Shown here in pieces: positions 59,552 through 64,000 of a DNA stretch of 64,000 nucleotides. Origin of the DNA: an uncultured Gammaproteobacteria bacterium. GTDB lineage: Bacteria > Patescibacteriota > Patescibacteriia > UBA11705. Position 1 is the first letter of the stretch, and each line of letters opens with the position of its first letter. Both the position numbers and the translations under genes were made by a program. The notes below the pieces were generated by a model. It was given only the letters and a program-made list of their open reading frames with translations. It was not told where the DNA came from and ran no database searches. The stretch spans positions 13,240-77,239 of the forward strand of contig CAZQEI010000002.1 in the NCBI GenBank assembly GCA_964592195.1. The letters run 5' to 3'.

Positions 59552-60691
59552 TCAACCTGCCAACTTCGCCAAAGTATAAAGAATACCAGCTAAAAACAAG
59601 ATGATTAACAATACTCCCGGCAATCTCAATTTGGGCAAAGAGAAAATCGGTTTCTGATCCCCGGCTGTTTTAGCTTTCCAGAAGGAACAAACTATCAATA
59701 CACCGGTTAAACCAAAGACCAACGCACCGGTTACTTGAAGAATCTTAATAAAATCAGGAGTAGTTAAAGCATAAATTATAATCGGCACGCTGATACTCAG
59801 AATCCAAGCAAACCAATTAGGCATTTTGTAATCATGTCTAAATATTTGCTTTAACGATACACCCACCATCAAGAAACTGGTTGTCATGGTAATGGCGGCT
59901 AAAATATTACTAACATAAAATATTACTGGACCTAGGTTTTTCACCAAACCAATAGACGCCACTTCTGTTGTTGCCAAACCGGTAACACCCAACACTGTTA
60001 CCGTAAATAATAAATACAAACCCATGGACATGACGGAGCTTAGTAATATCGCCGGTCTAACTAACTTTTCTTCACCGCGCAAAATATCTCTTAAAGAAAA
60101 AATGCCATTAACCCCACTAAATGCGAACAACAACACTCCGTAACTGGCCCACAATTTTCCCCAGTCTTGATATTGATAATTGGCTACATCAATTTTACCT
60201 AATGAAAATAAAAATATCGTTACAATTAAGAAAACTACCACACCAACAACATAAGAATTTATTTTGCGAATCGCTTTCAACCCAATCAAAATAATTATTA
60301 TTCCAAACAACCAAAATCCATAGCTAAAATACTGCGACCATTCAGCATGTCCGGTTAACGCTCCCCAAATCTGACCTTCACCAATAATATAGGCTGTTAA
60401 CGCGCCATAACCACCAAGAATAATTCCAATGGCATCAATCACTTTGTATGGCTTACCTAAATATTTCTCCACTAAACCAGGAATCTGATGACGATAATGT
60501 GTTCTTAACATTACCTCAGCAATCATTAAATGCACCAGCATGACAGCTGAGCCAATAAAGAAAATCATTATCAAGCCTGGCACTAACCCGGCCTGGGCAA
60601 TAGCATATGGGATACCAAAAATTCCCGCGCCCACAATCGAGCCCAACAAAGTCGCCGACGCCGGCCATATCCTTTTTATATTATTTAACAT
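59552..60691 (-). CDS. Aromatic amino acid permease family transporter
   Basis: GSIVGAGIFGIPY, YGVLLFAF, ITMTTSF; about 11 TM helices. Confidence 0.88.
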   Translation of the reverse strand: MLNNIKRIWPASATLLGSIVGAGIFGIPYAIAQAGLVPGLIMIFFIGSAVMLVHLMIAEVMLRTHYRHQIPGLVEKYLGKPYKVIDAIGIILGGYGALTAYIIGEGQIWGALTGHAEWSQYFSYGFWLFGIIIILIGLKAIRKINSYVVGVVVFLIVTIFLFSLGKIDVANYQYQDWGKLWASYGVLLFAFSGVNGIFSLRDILRGEEKLVRPAILLSSVMSMGLYLLFTVTVLGVTGLATTEVASIGLVKNLGPVIFYVSNILAAITMTTSFLMVGVSLKQIFRHDYKMPNWFAWILSISVPIIIYALTTPDFIKILQVTGALVFGLTGVLIVCSFWKAKTAGDQKPIFSLPKLRLPGVLLIILFLAGILYTLAKLAG

Positions 60692-60702
60692 ATGTGAATT
60701 TA

Positions 60703-60806
60703 ATTACGAATGTTCGAATCTTTTTCGAATATGTTCGAATTATCATATGTCGGGTTCGGAAGGTAATTCGTAAAAATTCGTAACTAATTCGTAAATTCGT
60801 AATGAC
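60703..60806. repeat. CGAAT/ATTCG-armed hairpin related to the 111-bp element
   Basis: Four CGAAT units, spacer, then ATTCGTAAAAATTCGTAACTAATTCGTAAATTCGTAA. Confidence 0.8.
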
Positions 60807-60807
60807 T

Positions 60808-62259
60808 CTACTTATCCACTTGCTTAACTTCTATCAGATTAACATTCCCACTCGTCCCCACCGGCTCTCCGGTAATAATAATTATCTTCTGACCTTTCTT
60901 AACCGCTTTGACTTCCAATAAATATTTTATCGCCCGATCAAACAGTTCTTCAATTGTATGGCACATTGGTAAAACAAACGGACGAATGCCCCAAGATAAC
61001 TGAAGTTGATGTTTAATTCTATCAGAATTACATGCTACATAAATTGGCAATTCAGGACGATAGCGACTAATAATTCTTCCAGAGTAACCAGACAAGGAAG
61101 CAACCAAAATTAACTTGGCTTTAATTGATTGAGACAAAATATTGGCAATGCGTCCAATCGCCTCATCTGGTGCTTCTAATTTTTTAACATAATTTTGCAC
61201 CACTAAATTGTCGTATTCAGAGCCTTCAACTTTGGTGGTAATTTTTCTCATCATAGCCACTGATTCCACTGGGTATTTACCATTCGCAGTTTCACCGGAC
61301 AACATGACGGCATCAGCATGATCAATTACCGCATTGGCCACGTCACTCACTTCCGCTCTAGTTGGTCGCGGGTTAACAATCATGGAATCTAACATTTGCG
61401 TAGCCACAATTACTGGTTTGGATTTTTGTAAGCATTTTTCAATAATCATTTTTTGCAACAAAGGCACATCTTCTGCCGGCAGTTCAATTCCCAAATCACC
61501 ACGAGCCACCATGACCCCATCTGTCACATCAATAATTTCATCTAGATTATCAATCGCTTCTTTGCGTTCAATTTTTACAATAATTTGTACTGGGTAATGA
61601 TTTTTTATTTTTAATTTTTTCGCGGCCGCATCCAAAAGTTTTCTTAACTCCAAAACATCTTTGGCGGAACGCACAAAAGACAAACCACAGAAATCAACTT
61701 GATGTTGCACCCCAAAAACTAAATCTTCACGATCTTTTTCGGTTAATGACGAAATTTTAATGTTCGTATCTGGCAAATTAATTCCCTTATGCGTATTCAC
61801 TTCACCACCGACATGCACTTCACAATGTATGTCGCGACCCACCACTTTCTCCACTACCAAATTAATCAATCCATCCACGATTAAAATACGATGGCCATGT
61901 TTAATTTCTTGATGTAGTTTATTGTAGGTAATTGGCAACTTAACGCTGTTGGAAGAAATTCGAGAAGTGGTAATAATCACTTTTTCACCTTTAACTAAAA
62001 AACGTGGTTTCTTACCAATGTCGCCAATGCGAATGCGCGGTCCTTGCAAATCTTGTAAAATGGAAACAACTTTACCATGTTTTTTAGCAATGCCTCGAAT
62101 GGTATTCAACATTTTGGCATGCTGTTCATATGTGCCATGGGAAAAATTCAAACGCGCTACATTCAAACCAGCTTCAACCATTTCAGTTAAAACTTTTTTT
62201 GTATTTGACGTCGGACCTAAAGTACAAACAATTTTTGTGCGTGGCATAGTTTTGTTCAT
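60808..62259 (-). CDS. pyk: Pyruvate kinase
   Basis: RTKIVCTLGP, RLNFSHG, VARGDLG, ATQMLDSM, PTRAE, MLSGETA; start 62259 or 62247. Confidence 0.97.
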   Translation of the reverse strand: MNKTMPRTKIVCTLGPTSNTKKVLTEMVEAGLNVARLNFSHGTYEQHAKMLNTIRGIAKKHGKVVSILQDLQGPRIRIGDIGKKPRFLVKGEKVIITTSRISSNSVKLPITYNKLHQEIKHGHRILIVDGLINLVVEKVVGRDIHCEVHVGGEVNTHKGINLPDTNIKISSLTEKDREDLVFGVQHQVDFCGLSFVRSAKDVLELRKLLDAAAKKLKIKNHYPVQIIVKIERKEAIDNLDEIIDVTDGVMVARGDLGIELPAEDVPLLQKMIIEKCLQKSKPVIVATQMLDSMIVNPRPTRAEVSDVANAVIDHADAVMLSGETANGKYPVESVAMMRKITTKVEGSEYDNLVVQNYVKKLEAPDEAIGRIANILSQSIKAKLILVASLSGYSGRIISRYRPELPIYVACNSDRIKHQLQLSWGIRPFVLPMCHTIEELFDRAIKYLLEVKAVKKGQKIIIITGEPVGTSGNVNLIEVKQVDK

Positions 62260-62386
62260 GGAGCATGTATCATGGAACATGTAACCTATAAAAACTGTCC
62301 CATCATGCTGTTTTATTTTTGTATATTGTATTTATTATTTTCCCGTTTCCCCGGCCACCGAGCCGGGGTCTCATAAAATTCACAAA

Positions 62387-63754
62387 TCAATTTCTTTCTT
62401 CCCACTCCTTCGATATATCCACTACTCGTGTCACTAAAAGACCATCCTTTTTAGCTGTCACTCTTATAATGTTCCCCTCCACTTGCTCGAATTTAAAAAT
62501 ATCATCAAAAAAATCACTACACTGTTCTCCCTGCCCATTCATAATAAAATATTTTCTTTCTCCCTCTTCATCCGGAACAACCGCAGAAAAAACTTCCGTG
62601 CCGTTTATGATTTTTAAACCAGTATCACATTGGTCTGAATCACTGTGGAATTCACATTCATCTGTAATCCTATTTTTTCCTCTATATACATGTCTTTCAA
62701 AATTATCCGTTTCTACAGAATATGCAGGAACCCCACTTGAATCTACTATATTATTGATTTCTCTGATATTTTCTTTAGGCGACACACACTCATCTCCCCA
62801 ATATAAACATAATAATTCATCAGCCCCTAATTCTTCAGACACACAATAAGTAATCTTTCCTCCGATTATATAATACGGCTCTTTTGCTCCAGGCCGTAAT
62901 AATATTTTCTCATTTCCCTTCAATATATATTTATTACCATCCTCACCAACCACCTCATAAGCAATCTCTCCATTAATTTCACCTATCCAAGAAACTTCTC
63001 GGTACCCAGATGGAGGAACGACTTCATCATCACCGTAATATGTCTTTGTTTTGTAATCGCTATTCAACCCGTCATTTACGCTGTAAGCAATTTTACCCAA
63101 TACTTTTTTGGGTCCTGTTATATATAAATGACCCTTATTAGTTAATCTTCGTTTCCCAAGTTGAATATGCCAATAAGGAAAGTTACTATCTTTTTCATTA
63201 TAAGCAAATGCGACCTCGTTATCAACTTCAATTAAATTTTTCACTCCAGCATACCCATTTTCAACAGTTGTTAAATTCTTATTTCCACAAAAAACATAAT
63301 AATTATAACCACCGCTGGGACTAATTCTTTCTTTCTTATCAATACATATATATCCAAATGTCTCTCCAACTTGCACAAAATCAATATACTTTGTAAAATC
63401 TTTCGAAAATTCTGCTTTCTTTTCTCCAATAAAATAATCATAATTACCTTTTGGATACTCACCGCAAACAATCGGCATACCGTTAACTTCCCCCAGATAA
63501 TGACACCAATTATCATAAACTTTCATATCTAACTCCATTTCCAAGTGTTTAAAATCTTCTAATTTTTTTTCTTTTCTCTTCGGATCAACAATCTCACCAT
63601 ATTGCCCCACCAATTTCAAAGCTTCGGAAACATACTCCGGAGTTACATCTTTTCGTTTTTTAACTAAATCGCGCAATCTTTCATTCACACCCAACAAATC
63701 AACCTGCGCCTCAGTTGACATTCCAACACTTAATTCTTTTTTCCCAAAACCCAT
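62387..63754 (-). CDS. Hypothetical protein with degenerate beta-repeats
   Basis: Recurring (V/I)xGx(I/V)AY motifs; no signal peptide. Confidence 0.75.
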   Translation of the reverse strand: MGFGKKELSVGMSTEAQVDLLGVNERLRDLVKKRKDVTPEYVSEALKLVGQYGEIVDPKRKEKKLEDFKHLEMELDMKVYDNWCHYLGEVNGMPIVCGEYPKGNYDYFIGEKKAEFSKDFTKYIDFVQVGETFGYICIDKKERISPSGGYNYYVFCGNKNLTTVENGYAGVKNLIEVDNEVAFAYNEKDSNFPYWHIQLGKRRLTNKGHLYITGPKKVLGKIAYSVNDGLNSDYKTKTYYGDDEVVPPSGYREVSWIGEINGEIAYEVVGEDGNKYILKGNEKILLRPGAKEPYYIIGGKITYCVSEELGADELLCLYWGDECVSPKENIREINNIVDSSGVPAYSVETDNFERHVYRGKNRITDECEFHSDSDQCDTGLKIINGTEVFSAVVPDEEGERKYFIMNGQGEQCSDFFDDIFKFEQVEGNIIRVTAKKDGLLVTRVVDISKEWEERN

Positions 63755-63857
63755 ATCATTATTAATCTCTTTTTCAAACTGTTATTTTTATCAACTTTAT
63801 AATTTCCCCATCGGTAATAATCTGTAAAATCGGTAAGTATCGGTATATCCGTAATAA

Positions 63858-64000
63858 TTATAACTTAACCTTATCCGCATACTTTCCCAATATCGGCATT
63901 TCCCATTTCTGTCCATCCGCGGCTTTGAACAAACCGGTGAATGACATTATCAAGAAATAAACACAGGCAATCAACCAAAACAGTTGACCAAGTACGGGAA
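63858..64000 (-). CDS. 3' end of a small membrane protein (DUF4870-like), truncated by the window
   Basis: ...FWLIACVYFLIMSFTGLFKAADGQKWEMPILGKYADKVKL*. Confidence 0.65.
   Translation of the reverse strand, partial: PVLGQLFWLIACVYFLIMSFTGLFKAADGQKWEMPILGKYADKVKL

Noticed and set aside
1-64000. Diversity-generating retroelement or retron
   Set aside because: No reverse transcriptase; the only long near-identical repeat pair is non-coding and differs at one base.

Overview
Low-GC bacterial chromosome segment whose gene content and intergenic repeats point to a Patescibacteria/CPR (Parcubacteria-like) genome; this taxonomy is inferred, not searched. Most genes are on the minus strand. Core genes include pepF, pyrG, rplI, ctpA, murA, rfbA/B/C/D-like genes, thrS, dtd, dnaE, GT2 glycosyltransferases, pyk and tRNA-Gln(TTG), interleaved with small accessory cassettes. 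The ORF track misses the largest gene: a minus-strand ORF of at least 2,907 codons (8721 to off the left edge). It encodes an acidic secreted surface protein with GLUG modules, nested Ig-like/LamG/F5-8 domains and a 7-repeat SBBP propeller. It also carries an internal 138-aa Hint (intein-like) domain (CFLAGT...TPNHP...LAHN|KCP) inserted inside a GLUG repeat, making it a candidate self-cleaving giant adhesin. The second theme is a layered set of tiny repeat elements. These are 15-42 bp GC-rich hairpins inserted precisely into short tandem-repeat arrays, into a tRNA fragment and into a candidate ncRNA; a 111-bp element that forms the whole 5' UTR of two unrelated genes; two ~163-bp MITE-like hairpins; and a REP-associated tyrosine transposase carrying an in-frame REP. 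An unidentified promoter-to-terminator structured RNA candidate precedes dtd. All calls are from manual reading and motif recognition; no database searches were run.
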